DNA of 64,000 nucleotides from Alphaproteobacteria bacterium (GCA_963555825.3 CAUVXB020000001.1:2016001-2080000); one strand, 5' to 3'. Positions 38,764 through 49,761 are shown, counted from the stretch's first letter. Made by a program: numbers and translations. Notes: generated from the letters alone by a model not told the origin.

Positions 38764-40587
38764 CTACTCCACCGTCACCGACTTCGCCAGATTGCGGGGC
38801 TGGTCGACGTCGGTGCCGCGGATGACCGCAGTGTGATAGGCCAGGAGCTGCACCGGGATGGCGTAGAGGATCGGCGCGACGAAGGGGTCGACGGTGGGCA
38901 ACTCGATGGTCGCGGCGGCGAGATCGCCGAGTTGCGCGACGCCGCGGGCGTCGCTCAGGAACACGACATGAGCGCCGCGCGCGACGACCTCCTGCATGTT
39001 CGACGCGGTCTTCTCGAACAATGGGTCCGACGGCGCGACGACGATCACCGGCACGCCCTCGTCGATAAGCGCGATCGGCCCGTGCTTGAGTTCGCCGGCG
39101 GCGAAGCCCTCGGCGTGAATGTACGACAGCTCCTTGAGCTTGAGCGCGCCCTCGAGTGCGATCGGATAGCCGGTGCCCCGGCCGATGTAGATGACGTCCT
39201 GGGCGCGCGCGATTTCCTGCGCCAGCGCCTGAAGCCGTTCGTCGTGGTTGAGCACCTCGGCGGCGCGCGCCGGCACCTCGGCGAGCGCGGCCGAGAGCCG
39301 CGCGACGTCGTCCGCCCCGATCGCGCCGCGGGCGCGCGCGGCGACCAGCGCGAAGCAGGCCAGCGCGACCAACTGCGTGGTGAACGCCTTGGTCGAGGCG
39401 ACGCCGATCTCGGGTCCGGCGTGGATCTTCAGCACGAGATCGGATTCGCGCGCCATTGTGCTCTCGTCGACATTGACCAGCGAGACGATGTGCTGGCCCT
39501 GCTGGCGCGCATAGCGTAGCGCGGCCAGGGTGTCGGCGGTCTCGCCCGACTGCGAGATGAACAGCGCCAGGCCCCCCGCCGGCATCGGCGCGGCGCGGTA
39601 GCGGAACTCCGAGGCGATGTCGATCTCGACCGGCAGACGCGCCGTCTTCTCGAGCCAGTATTTGGCGATCAGCCCGGCAAGATACGACGTGCCGCAGGCG
39701 ACGATCGTCACCTTGGGCAGGGCGGCAAGATCGAACGACAGCGCGGGAAGCTGAACCTCGCCCGTCGCCGGGTGATAGAAACTGCCCAGCGTATCGCCGA
39801 TCACCGCCGGCTGCTCATAGATCTCCTTGAGCATGAAGTGACGGTAGTTGCCCTTGCCGATGGCCGCGCCGGATTGCGCGGTCAGATGAATCTCGCGCTC
39901 GACGATCGTGTCGCTGGCATCGCGAAATACCGCCCCGCCGTGGGTCAGCGCGACCCAATCGCCCTCCTCGAGGAAGGCGATGCGCTTGGTCAGCGGCGCC
40001 AGCGCCATGGTGTCCGAGCCCAGGAACATCTCGCCGTCGCCATAGCCGATGGCGAGCGGGGCGCCGCGGCGCGCGCCGACGATCAAGCCGTCCGCGCCGG
40101 TGAACAGGATGCCGAGCGCGAAGGCGCCCTCGAGACGCTTGAGCGCGCGCGCCGTCGCGTCCTCGGGCGAGGCGCCTTCTTCGAGGTAGTGGGTGATCAG
40201 ATGCGCGACGACCTCGGTGTCGGTGTCGGACTCGAAGACGCAGCCCTCGGCGGCGAGCTCGTCGCGCAGCGCCTGGAAGTTTTCGATGATGCCGTTGTGG
40301 ACGACGGCGACGCGCGGCGTCGTGTGCGGGTGCGCGTTGACCGTGGTCGGCGCGCCGTGCGTCGCCCAGCGGGTATGGCCGATGCCGACCTTGCCGTCGA
40401 GCGGGTCGCCGTCGAGCAGTGCTTCGAGCGCGGCGATCTTGCCCTCGCTGCGGCGCCGTTCGATATGGCCGTCGACGATGGTCGCAACGCCGGCCGAATC
40501 GTAACCGCGGTATTCGAGCCGCTTGAGGCCGTCGATCAGGAGGGGCGTTGCGGGCTCCTTGCCGATCACGCCGAGAATGCCGCACAT
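38764..40587 (-). CDS. glmS: Glutamine--fructose-6-phosphate aminotransferase
   Basis: 'MCGI', 'LEYRGYDSAG', 'GHTRWATHG', 'PRNLAKSVTVE'. Confidence 0.98.
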   Translation of the reverse strand: MCGILGVIGKEPATPLLIDGLKRLEYRGYDSAGVATIVDGHIERRRSEGKIAALEALLDGDPLDGKVGIGHTRWATHGAPTTVNAHPHTTPRVAVVHNGIIENFQALRDELAAEGCVFESDTDTEVVAHLITHYLEEGASPEDATARALKRLEGAFALGILFTGADGLIVGARRGAPLAIGYGDGEMFLGSDTMALAPLTKRIAFLEEGDWVALTHGGAVFRDASDTIVEREIHLTAQSGAAIGKGNYRHFMLKEIYEQPAVIGDTLGSFYHPATGEVQLPALSFDLAALPKVTIVACGTSYLAGLIAKYWLEKTARLPVEIDIASEFRYRAAPMPAGGLALFISQSGETADTLAALRYARQQGQHIVSLVNVDESTMARESDLVLKIHAGPEIGVASTKAFTTQLVALACFALVAARARGAIGADDVARLSAALAEVPARAAEVLNHDERLQALAQEIARAQDVIYIGRGTGYPIALEGALKLKELSYIHAEGFAAGELKHGPIALIDEGVPVIVVAPSDPLFEKTASNMQEVVARGAHVVFLSDARGVAQLGDLAAATIELPTVDPFVAPILYAIPVQLLAYHTAVIRGTDVDQPRNLAKSVTVE

Positions 40588-40593
40588 GCCGTG

Positions 40594-41952
40594 TCAGTCC
40601 TTTCGCTTCTTGCCATCGGCCTGCGCCTTGGCCTCGTGGATACGTTTTGCCCATCCCTCGCGCGTCTCCAGGGGGGCGCGTGTCAGCGCCAGCGCGTCGC
40701 CCGGCACGTCGCGGGTGATCACGCTGCCGGCGCCGATGACGGCGCCGTCGCCGATCGTGACCGGCGCGACCAGCGCCGCGTTCGAGCCGATGAACGCGTC
40801 CGCGCCGATGTCGGTGTGCGACTTCTTCACGCCGTCGTAGTTGCAGGTGATGGTGCCGGCGCCGACGTTGGCGCCCGCGCCCAGCCGGGCGTCGCCGAGA
40901 TAGGACAGATGCATGACCTTGGCGCCCGCCTCGATGGTGGCGTTCTTGACCTCGACGAAGTTGCCGATGCGGGCCCCGGTGGCAATCTCGGCGCCCCGCC
41001 GGAGCCGCGCAAAGGGGCCGACGGTCACGCCGTCGCCGAGTTGCGCGCTCCCGAGATGCGAAAAGGCACCGATACGGACGTCCGAGCCGACGCGCACGCC
41101 GGGGCCGAACACGACGTTGGGCTCGACCACGACGTCCTGGCCGAACGTCGTGTCGAAGCTCAAATGCACGCTGGCGGGATCGATCAGCGTGACCCCGCCG
41201 GCCATCGCCCGGGCACGCAGGTTCTGTTGCACATGGGCCTCGGCGGCTGCCAGGTCTTCGCGCGAATCGATGCCGATGAGTTCCTCGGCCGGCGCCTCGA
41301 CGTAGCCGCAGGGCTCGCCGTCGGCGCGCGCCAAGGCGACCACTTCTGTCAGGTAATATTCATTCTTGGCGTTGTCGTTGCCGACCCGGCCGAGCAGATC
41401 GAACAGCCGGGCGCGATCGGCCACCATGGTGCCGGCGTTGCACAGCGGGATGGCGAGTTCGTCGTCGCTCGCGTCGCGCGCCTCGACGATGCGATCGAGG
41501 CCGCCGGCACCGTCGGTGACGAGCCGCGCATAGGCGCCCGGGTCATCGGGCCGCATACCGATGACGACGATGGCGGGCGCCGGCTCGGCGCGCCGCACTG
41601 CCAGAGCGGCATCGATCGTCGCGGCGCTGATCAACGGGTCGGCACCGAACAGGACGACGACGTCGCCGTCGAAATCGGCGAGCGCGTCGCGCGCCGCGAG
41701 CACCGCGTGTCCGGTGCCGAGCGGCGCGTCCTGAACGACCGTCTCGGCCGGCGCCGCCGCTTCGCTCACGGCCGCCATGTCGGGACCGACGACGACCGCG
41801 ACCCGCGCGGGTGCGAGCGTCGCGACGGTCGCCAGCAAATGGCCGATCATCGGCCGTCCGGCGATCTGATGCATGACCTTGGGAAGCCGGGATTTCATGC
41901 GCGTGCCGATACCGGCGGCGAGCACGATCGCGGCGAAATTACGTTCAGACAT
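40594..41952 (-). CDS. glmU: Bifunctional UDP-GlcNAc pyrophosphorylase/GlcN-1-P acetyltransferase
   Basis: 'LAAG.GTRMKS.LPKV', 'GNFVEVK', 'HLSYLGDA', 'NYDG'. Confidence 0.97.
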   Translation of the reverse strand: MSERNFAAIVLAAGIGTRMKSRLPKVMHQIAGRPMIGHLLATVATLAPARVAVVVGPDMAAVSEAAAPAETVVQDAPLGTGHAVLAARDALADFDGDVVVLFGADPLISAATIDAALAVRRAEPAPAIVVIGMRPDDPGAYARLVTDGAGGLDRIVEARDASDDELAIPLCNAGTMVADRARLFDLLGRVGNDNAKNEYYLTEVVALARADGEPCGYVEAPAEELIGIDSREDLAAAEAHVQQNLRARAMAGGVTLIDPASVHLSFDTTFGQDVVVEPNVVFGPGVRVGSDVRIGAFSHLGSAQLGDGVTVGPFARLRRGAEIATGARIGNFVEVKNATIEAGAKVMHLSYLGDARLGAGANVGAGTITCNYDGVKKSHTDIGADAFIGSNAALVAPVTIGDGAVIGAGSVITRDVPGDALALTRAPLETREGWAKRIHEAKAQADGKKRKD

Positions 41953-42156
41953 TGATGACCAGTGCGACGAAGACCTGTGATGCGCTCGATTTCGCGCGAC
42001 CATGCCACAACTCGGGCCGACGCGCCAAATCACGAATTGTTACCGGTTGTGCCGAAAATATACCATTGCTTAACAAAGTATTACGCCGCTATTCTAAAGT
42101 CACGAAATAGATACCCGCGCACGGCAAACGCGACCGCCGCGGGGTACCTGCTTGGC

Positions 42157-42957
42157 TCAGCGGTCTTCGGGCGTCCAGGCGCCGAGCAGTTTGGGCAGGT
42201 CGCCAAACCGGGCGATCAGGCCGAAGACGGCGACGGCGAGCAGCATGAACAGCACGGCCGTCGAGGCGATGACCGGCGAATAGCCCGAGCGCAATTGCGA
42301 GAAGATCTTGACCGGCAGCGTCGCGATCGCGAACTGGCCGAGGAAATACGAGATGATGAACTCGTTCATGCTGAGCACGAAGACGAACGAGAAGCCGGCA
42401 ATCATGTAGGGCCGGACCAACGGCAGCACGATGGTCGTAAAGATGCGCCGGTCGTCGGCGCCCATGGTGCGCGCCGCCTCGACCACCTCGACGTCGATCG
42501 ATTCGAGGCCGAGCGAGATCATCACCATCGGCAGCGTCACCAGGAACACGCTGTGTCCAAGGACGATATTCTCCCACCTGCCGATATGGCCGAGCTCGCT
42601 CCAGAAGATGAGCATGCCGAGTGCGGTGATCACCGGCGGCAGCGCGAAGGGCAGCAGGCCGATGGCGTAGAGCGCCTTGGCGTAGAACACTCGATAGCGC
42701 CACAGGAAATAGGCGATCGGCAGCGCGATCGATAGCGCGATGATGCCCGCCGACACCGCCACCGTCAGGCTGGTCCAGAGCGGCTCGGACCACTTCGCCT
42801 TCTCGAACAGCTCGGCGTACCATTTGAACGAGAAGCCGCGCGGCGGGAAGATCATGAACTTCTTCTCGTTGAACGAGACGCCGGCAACGATGAACAACGG
42901 CGCGCTCATCAGCGCGACGACCAGGCCGAAGAACAGGTTGCGGGCGTGTCGGATCAC
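42157..42957 (-). CDS. ABC permease (PotC-like)
   Basis: 'PPRGFSFKWY', EAA loop 'EAARTMGA'. Confidence 0.9.
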   Translation of the reverse strand: MIRHARNLFFGLVVALMSAPLFIVAGVSFNEKKFMIFPPRGFSFKWYAELFEKAKWSEPLWTSLTVAVSAGIIALSIALPIAYFLWRYRVFYAKALYAIGLLPFALPPVITALGMLIFWSELGHIGRWENIVLGHSVFLVTLPMVMISLGLESIDVEVVEAARTMGADDRRIFTTIVLPLVRPYMIAGFSFVFVLSMNEFIISYFLGQFAIATLPVKIFSQLRSGYSPVIASTAVLFMLLAVAVFGLIARFGDLPKLLGAWTPEDR

Positions 42958-42967
42958 GGCGCGGCCC

Positions 42968-43854
42968 CTATCGCTGCCGGCCGAGCCGGACGGTGATGCC
43001 GACCAGGATCAAGGTGACGACGAGATAGAACATGGCGAGCGCCGCGGCGAACGGCTGATTGGCGCGTCTCAGGGCCTCGTCACCGATCAGCACCGCGTAC
43101 ATCCAGTGTTCGGGCTGGCCGAGCCAGATCGGCGTCACGAAGGCGCCCATCGAGAATACGAACAGGATGATGAAAGCGGTCATAATGGTCGGCTGCAGGA
43201 TCGGGATGACGACGGTCAGGAACGTGCGCACGGGCGACGCGCCCAGCGTCTGCGCGGCTTCCGTTATCTCGCGGTCGAGGCGGCTGCAGTTGGGGTACTG
43301 GATGAGCACCGCGATCGGCAGGTTGAAGTAGGTCAGCGCCAGCAGCACCGACCAGTAGCCGCGCGACCAGGACGTCGCCTTGTCCATGAAACCCAGCCAG
43401 ACGAAGAGGTTCGAAATGCCGGCCGGCTTGGACAGCATCACCGACCAGGAATAGGCGACGATGACCTCGGACAGCGACAACACACAGACGACGAAGACCA
43501 GCACCGGCACCTGGATGCGCCGCTGGTAGCGGGTCAGGAAGAAGGTGAACGGAAACGAGATCAGCAACGCGCCGATCGCCGCGAGACCAGCGAACTTGAC
43601 CGAGACCCACAGAAGCGTGGTGAACAGCGGCGAGAAGAAACGCTTGTAGTGAGTCAGCTCGAAACCCGGCTCGTACAGCCCGGACGGGATGTTATGGAAG
43701 AAACTGATCATCACCATGATGCCGAACGGCACCGCGAAGAAGATGCCGAGCACGGCCGCGGCGTAAGCGATGGGCAGGTGACGCCGCACCTCGTGGCCGA
43801 AGGTCGGGCGATCGAGCGCCCGTTCCTGGGCGGTCTCGCGCGCCGCCTCGGCGG

Positions 43855-43858
<4 letters not shown>
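42968..43858 (-). CDS. ABC permease (PotB-like)
   Basis: EAA loop 'EAAQTLGASP'; multiple TM segments. Confidence 0.9.
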
Positions 43859-44910
<1,052 letters not shown>

Positions 44911-44951
44911 CGGAACGCCGCCGTTGTCTGCTCATGAACCCCGAATGAAAT

Positions 44952-44979
44952 GGGGCGAGGGACAACGGCCCCTCGCCCC
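44952..44979 (-). terminator. GC-rich hairpin after the binding-protein gene (partial terminator or mRNA stabiliser)
   Basis: GGGGCGAGGG ... CCCTCGCCCC inverted repeat between the SBP and ATPase genes. Confidence 0.6.
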
Positions 44980-44990
44980 TTTTGGCTCGC

Positions 44991-46085
44991 CTAAGTTGCC
45001 GCACCGGTGATCAGTTCCTTCCAGCGCTCGGAGATCCAGTCGCCCTCGGCGATGTACACGTCGTAGGCGGGCACGATCGGCGGAATGTCGCTCGACACCG
45101 CGGCGAACTCCTCGTCGGTCAGGTCCATCAGCTCGCGCGGGATGGTCGGCGCGGTGCCGAGGTTGCGCGTGATCTTGGCCTGAATCTCGGCTGAGCAGCA
45201 GTAATCGATGAAGACATGCGCCACGTCGCCCATCTTCGACCCGGTGACCAGGCCCCACGAGCCGAAGTCGATGACGCCGCCTTCCTTGGGGAAGGTCGAG
45301 CGCACCGGGAAGCCGTCGGCGACCATCAGGTTGGTGACGTCGTGATAGTACTGGCCGGCCGGGATCTCGCCGGTCTGCAGCGCCTGCTGGAACGAGCCCT
45401 CGTCGCGATACCAGAGCGTCACGTTCGGCTTCAGCTCGGCCGCCTTCTGCATCACCTTCTCCAGGCCATCGCGCGTGTTCAGGATGTCCTGGCCGCCGAA
45501 GAAGGTAACCGCCGTGATGTCGAGCAGGTAGTTCGAGTCGGCCTCGGCGCCCCAGCCAAGCGCGTCCTTGAACTCGGGACCCCAGGCGTCGGCCCAGGAC
45601 GTCGGTGCTTCGGGGTAAGTCTCGGTGTTGGTCACGAAGGTGGTGTACCAGGCGAGCACCGCGACCGCGTCGAGCGCGCCGTCGGGCTTGCGGTGCCGCA
45701 GATAGTCGGGAACGTTCTTGGTGTTCGGCAGCCGGCTCTCGTCGAGCGGCTGGAAGACCTGCGGCGCGCGGCGCGGCGGCTGGCCGCCGCACATCGTCAC
45801 GTCGGTCGCCGGGTTGCCCGCCTTGGCGCCGGTCTCGAGCACGGTGAACCAGCTGAAGCCGCCTTCCTGGCTGACCGATTCGAGCTCGATGCCGGTGTCC
45901 TTGGTGAAATCTGGATAGATGTACTCCGACAGCGAATCTTCGAAGTAGCCGCCGTACGAGGACACCCTCAGCGGATCGGCCGCCCAGGCGCGTGGCAGAT
46001 AGGTGCCGACCGCTAATGTGCTGGCGGTCGCCGCGGTGGCGCCGAGAAACCGACGCCGACTGGTCCGAAACTTGTTCTTCGCCAT
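44991..46085 (-). CDS. Periplasmic substrate-binding protein (PotD/PotF-like) with Tat signal
   Basis: 'SRRRFLG' Tat motif, 'SSYGG', 'PKEG', 'FIDY'; GGGAGG RBS. Confidence 0.9.
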   Translation of the reverse strand: MAKNKFRTSRRRFLGATAATASTLAVGTYLPRAWAADPLRVSSYGGYFEDSLSEYIYPDFTKDTGIELESVSQEGGFSWFTVLETGAKAGNPATDVTMCGGQPPRRAPQVFQPLDESRLPNTKNVPDYLRHRKPDGALDAVAVLAWYTTFVTNTETYPEAPTSWADAWGPEFKDALGWGAEADSNYLLDITAVTFFGGQDILNTRDGLEKVMQKAAELKPNVTLWYRDEGSFQQALQTGEIPAGQYYHDVTNLMVADGFPVRSTFPKEGGVIDFGSWGLVTGSKMGDVAHVFIDYCCSAEIQAKITRNLGTAPTIPRELMDLTDEEFAAVSSDIPPIVPAYDVYIAEGDWISERWKELITGAAT

Positions 46086-46191
46086 GGTAGAGCCTCCCAA
46101 CTCATGCATTCGGTCCCCTTTTTTACCCCGCCGGGCCACGAAACGCGAGTCCGCGTGCGGCGCGCCGATTGACGTTGTCGTGGCGGCCGAA

Positions 46192-46227
46192 GCATGATCC
46201 GAACGATCGTAATCGATCGGATCATGC
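46192..46227. repeat. Dispersed palindromic element GCATGATCCGA...TCGGATCATGC (copy 1)
   Basis: 11-bp perfect arms; related copy at 50891-50926. Confidence 0.75.
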
Positions 46228-46372
46228 CAGCCCGCGCCAACCTTATTGGGACAAGAGGGGGCCGCCGACCGTACGGCAAGCTTTGATTCCGTAAGACTGG
46301 CATGCGCGGCGATTGAGCGCGGGCCATCCTTGACGCGCGTAATGATGGCCGCACAATAACTCTACCCGCTCG

Positions 46373-46402
46373 CTTGACAGGCCGAAGAGGCGCGCGCTAT
46401 AG
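46373..46402 (+). promoter_or_regulatory. Sigma70-type promoter of the tRNA gene
   Basis: CTTGACA at 46373-46379 and CTATAG at 46397-46402, about 35 bp upstream of the tRNA. Confidence 0.65.
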
Positions 46403-46435
46403 GGGCGCACCCACCCGCCGGGCGCCGGCGGTTTC

Positions 46436-46510
46436 GGGCGCGTAGCTCAGCGGGAGAGCACCGTCTTCACACGGCGGGGGTCGCTGGTTCAATCCCAGCC
46501 GCGCCCACCA
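46436..46510 (+). tRNA. tRNA-Val (anticodon CAC)
   Basis: Acceptor stem GGGCGCG/CGCGCCC, D-arm GCTC/GAGC, anticodon arm CCGTC-TTCACAC-GGCGG, T-loop GGTTCAATCC, encoded CCA. Confidence 0.96.
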
Positions 46511-46704
46511 GTTTTTTCAAAGGCTTACGAGACTTTAAGGCGGCGCTCCTTGGTTCAAATGAACCAACGGGCGCCGGCCTCTCGCGCCCCGGCCACACTC
46601 TCGAGCCCGGAAAGAAAATCTGTGCCCGGATGGAAAAGAGGGCCGCTCGGTCAAGGGTGTGACAAAAATGTGCATGATTTAGCAAGGTTGCCAGCGTGTT
46701 CCGC

Positions 46705-46877
46705 GTGACACATCCCCACCGGGACCTATAATGACGACGCTTGATGGCGGCACGGCCCCGGTTAGAGCGGGGCCGCACCTTTGAAAGGTTGTCAAGCTGG
46801 AGCGGGGAGGGGCTTCCGCCTAATTCGTAGGAGCCACACCCGCAACTCGGGGCGCAGCCGCCGCGCCCTTCTTTTTA
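46705..46877 (+). ncRNA. Candidate structured small RNA with its own promoter and intrinsic terminator
   Basis: GTGACA-N16-TATAAT (46705-46732), three hairpins, final GGGCGC/GCGCCC stem followed by TTCTTTTT. Confidence 0.5.
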
Positions 46878-46958
46878 TTAACTCCTAGCGGAATGTTATT
46901 CCGGGTAACTCCCGGTGTCGACAGAATTCATTACAATTCGCAATGCTCGATTTTCACG

Positions 46959-47153
46959 CTATTCAGAGAACACGCCGTCGCGTAACCAACCGTGCCAACC
47001 GCAAGCCGGCGTGTCGTGATCGATCGACGGCGTTAGCGTCCGCGCCGCGAGCGGGCCAGTGAGCGCCCAACTCGGCGAGCCGTCGGGCTTGATGCCGTCG
47101 AGACCGATCGCCAAGGCCGCCGCCTCGCCGCACCCTGGACATTTTAGCGCGAA
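46959..47153 (-). pseudogene. Fragment of a small CxxC/His putative metal-binding protein (DUF6527-like)
   Basis: 'KCPGCGE...SPSWA....TLTPSI......CGWHGWLRDGVFSE*', preceded by an in-frame TAA at 47154-47156; family name from recall. Confidence 0.5.
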
Positions 47154-47592
47154 TTACCCCGCGTAACGACACATCTTGCTTTCTCTGAGCCTGACCATCC
47201 GAACCAGGATGTCGCCGAGCAGCAATCGATTCGACGCGTTATCGGGCGTTGTGTTGGAATCAGTTTCGGCGCTGAACCGAATAGCATTTGAATTATATTG
47301 TGCTTACCTTGGCGTATCACAATAATATACTGTATAGTGAATACAAGATAATATGCCCGTATGCCATTTCACCTGAAATCGATCTTGGCCAACGGGATTA
47401 TCTACAACATACGCACCTGATGGCTGAACGCCTGTTCCAGACACGGTTAACCTCGGGAATATCTCGAGGACGTGGCCCGACCGTAAGGCGAACTCATCAG
47501 TCTCATCGGCAGCTCCTACGCCAGCACAATGTTCCCGCCTTTCCTCGTAGCAATCCTTGTATCGCACCCGGTTCCTTGGACACAAGTTTGTC

Positions 47593-48504
47593 TCATGCGG
47601 CGGGCCTGAGTGACATCGCGGTGTGCCACGCCTGACGAGCTTGAGCGGGGCTCAGGTAGCCGTTCTTCTCCACGATCCACTGGGCATTGTACTGTTCGAC
47701 GAACCCGCGGACGGCGTTCCGCAGCTCCGCGATGTTGCGGTAGATGCGGCCATGGATGATCTGTTCCTTGAGCGTGCGATTGAACCTCTCGGCGACGCCG
47801 TTGGTCTGGGGCTGTTCGACGAAGGCGTAGGACGGCTGGATGCCCCAGAACTTGATCTGGTTGGTGAAGTGGTCCGACAGATACTGGGAGCCGTGATCCA
47901 TCCGCAAGGCCAGCCCCCGCGCCGCACCGGCGGAGGTCGAGGCATACAGCCTCGCAAGCCCCATGGAGATCGGCTGAAGGGCGGCGAAGCGGTCGCCTCG
48001 CTTGCACACATGCCAGCCGACGCACTCGGCGTTCCAATGCTCGATGGCGGTGAATATCCAGCCCCAGCCGTCGTCCACCGTGAACACCCGAACGCCGTCC
48101 GTGCCCCACATGAGGTTGGGGGCATGGGTGATGATCTCACCGACATGGGGATTTCCGCCACGGCGGCGGCAGCGATGGGGCGAGAGCAGGTTGTTCTCGC
48201 GCATCACCCGGAGCCCCCGCTTGCGGGAAACACGGATGCCACGACAGACCCGAAGCCGAGCCCAGACCTTGCGGTGTCCCTCGCCCTCCCAGGGGGATGC
48301 CTCCAGGTCGGCCTCGATGGCCACCAGCAGAGCCTCGTCCGAGATCGAGGGCTTCGGTCCCCGGCGCTTTGCTGGTGGGCGCTCAGCGGTGGCCTGCTGC
48401 CGGGATTTCATGGCGTAGAACGAGGAACGGGCAAAACCCCAGGCCGCACAGACCCGCTGGAGGCCGTAGGCCAAACCCGTGCCGGGAGAGGTGGCGGCAC
48501 TCAT
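47593..48504 (-). CDS. IS transposase OrfB, integrase core (DDE)
   Basis: 'PNLMWGTD', 'MDHGSQY', 'PQTNGVAERFNRTLKE'. Confidence 0.93.
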   Translation of the reverse strand: MSAATSPGTGLAYGLQRVCAAWGFARSSFYAMKSRQQATAERPPAKRRGPKPSISDEALLVAIEADLEASPWEGEGHRKVWARLRVCRGIRVSRKRGLRVMRENNLLSPHRCRRRGGNPHVGEIITHAPNLMWGTDGVRVFTVDDGWGWIFTAIEHWNAECVGWHVCKRGDRFAALQPISMGLARLYASTSAGAARGLALRMDHGSQYLSDHFTNQIKFWGIQPSYAFVEQPQTNGVAERFNRTLKEQIIHGRIYRNIAELRNAVRGFVEQYNAQWIVEKNGYLSPAQARQAWHTAMSLRPAA

Positions 48505-48932
48505 CGCCGCGACCTCCGCCGCCCCAAAGGGCCGGACGTCTCCGTCTTGGCCTCCAGCAGTTCCACCTGCATGATCAACTCCCCGATCCGCTTCATGGCG
48601 ATGTCCAGTTCCGCCTTCACCGGATCGCCCTTGCGTTCCTTGAGCGAGGCATCGATCCCGGCGATCGCCTTCTCACGCCACTGCTCGAGCCGGAAAATCT
48701 CCACGCCCAACTGCCGCGACAAAAGTTCCACCGGCTCGCCACGCAAAAGCCGCAGGGCAACCTCACGCTTGCGCGTCACCGTCCACCGCTGGCCAAGTCC
48801 CAGCGGGCCTGCCGGCGAAACCTGGCCCGGGGAAAACGTGGACGAGCCAAGCTCGCCCTCGTTTACCACAGGCCCATCAACAGCAACTTTGTTCTCAAAA
48901 TTGTCGGTCATGTTCCGGTCCTCCTTGGACAC
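48501..48932 (-). CDS. IS transposase OrfA, HTH
   Basis: 'RWT..RKREVALRLLRGE....LSRQLGV....L..WR'; ATGA overlap with orfB. Confidence 0.85.
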   Translation of the reverse strand: MSKEDRNMTDNFENKVAVDGPVVNEGELGSSTFSPGQVSPAGPLGLGQRWTVTRKREVALRLLRGEPVELLSRQLGVEIFRLEQWREKAIAGIDASLKERKGDPVKAELDIAMKRIGELIMQVELLEAKTETSGPLGRRRSRR

Positions 48933-48977
48933 TTCGATTAAGCCAATTCTGTGTCCAAGGAAATCGGGTCCGACTCA

Positions 48978-49429
48978 ATCAAGACAACGGTAACCAAAGT
49001 TTTCGCAAAAATGCTTAAGTGAAGTCCTGAATTTCCCACAAATTCAAACGTGCTGGACAGCACATTGATTGATACGGGTCTCGCAATGCAACAAACTATT
49101 AATAGTGGATAGGTTAATCCAGCAATAGACAAGAATATTAAAATCATATCTTTCTCGTAGTCCTTGCCGATGTTGAATATTAGATACCATAATACCATAT
49201 CCAATATAACAGAGATTTCTACTGGAATACAATAAACCGCAATTTTCTTCAACGAAATAGTCTGAGGAAAATCCAATATTAGCCCGCATAACACAGCCAG
49301 TATGATTACGACCAAGATCTTGTTTTCATCAAGTGCATAGGCGACGAGCCACGCAAAAGTAAACGCCATCATACAGCAGAAGGCGACTTGCGCGCGCAAG
49401 GATGGCGTTTGTGTTTCGGTAGTCGGCAC
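48978..49429 (-). pseudogene. AT-rich membrane-protein gene interrupted near its 3' end by the IS
   Basis: GGAGG RBS, GTG start, several TM segments; the frame runs into the IS end at 48977. Confidence 0.55.
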
Positions 49430-49761
49430 GAAGAACCCTCCCGGATGTCAAAAGGTAGTTCTTTCCGAGTGCTTACGCTCTCATCGCACTAGGTTTCTTC
49501 CGACGTCTCAGTCCATATTTGATCCGACATTCCCGGATAACCGCTTTTCCGACTTGTCACGATAGCACAAAGGGCGCTCAGCGAGGAGTATTCCATTATA
49601 CGGGGTCAGCAAAATTACAATCTATCAGGAGAATCCGGGTTTAAGAAAATATGGGTCGGCGGGTCGTCTGGATAACGGTTCGCGCCGGGTCCGGCGGCCG
49701 TGAATTCCTCGACGGTCGCGCAAAATACCGCCTTCACGCGACCGCCTCGCGCACGCCCTCC

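Larger units (their letters stand above)
47558..48977 (-). mobile_element. IS3-like insertion sequence
   Basis: TG...CA ends with imperfect IRs (TGTATCGCACCCGGTTCCTTGGACACA vs TGAGTCGGACCCGATTTCCTTGGACACA); overlapping orfA/orfB. Confidence 0.85.

Noticed and set aside
39772-41955. Long antisense or alternate-frame ORFs (this one and e.g. 23212..25149, 27596..29446, 57429..59471)
   Set aside because: They fully overlap well-supported genes and show the Arg/Ala/Gly-rich composition of non-coding frames.
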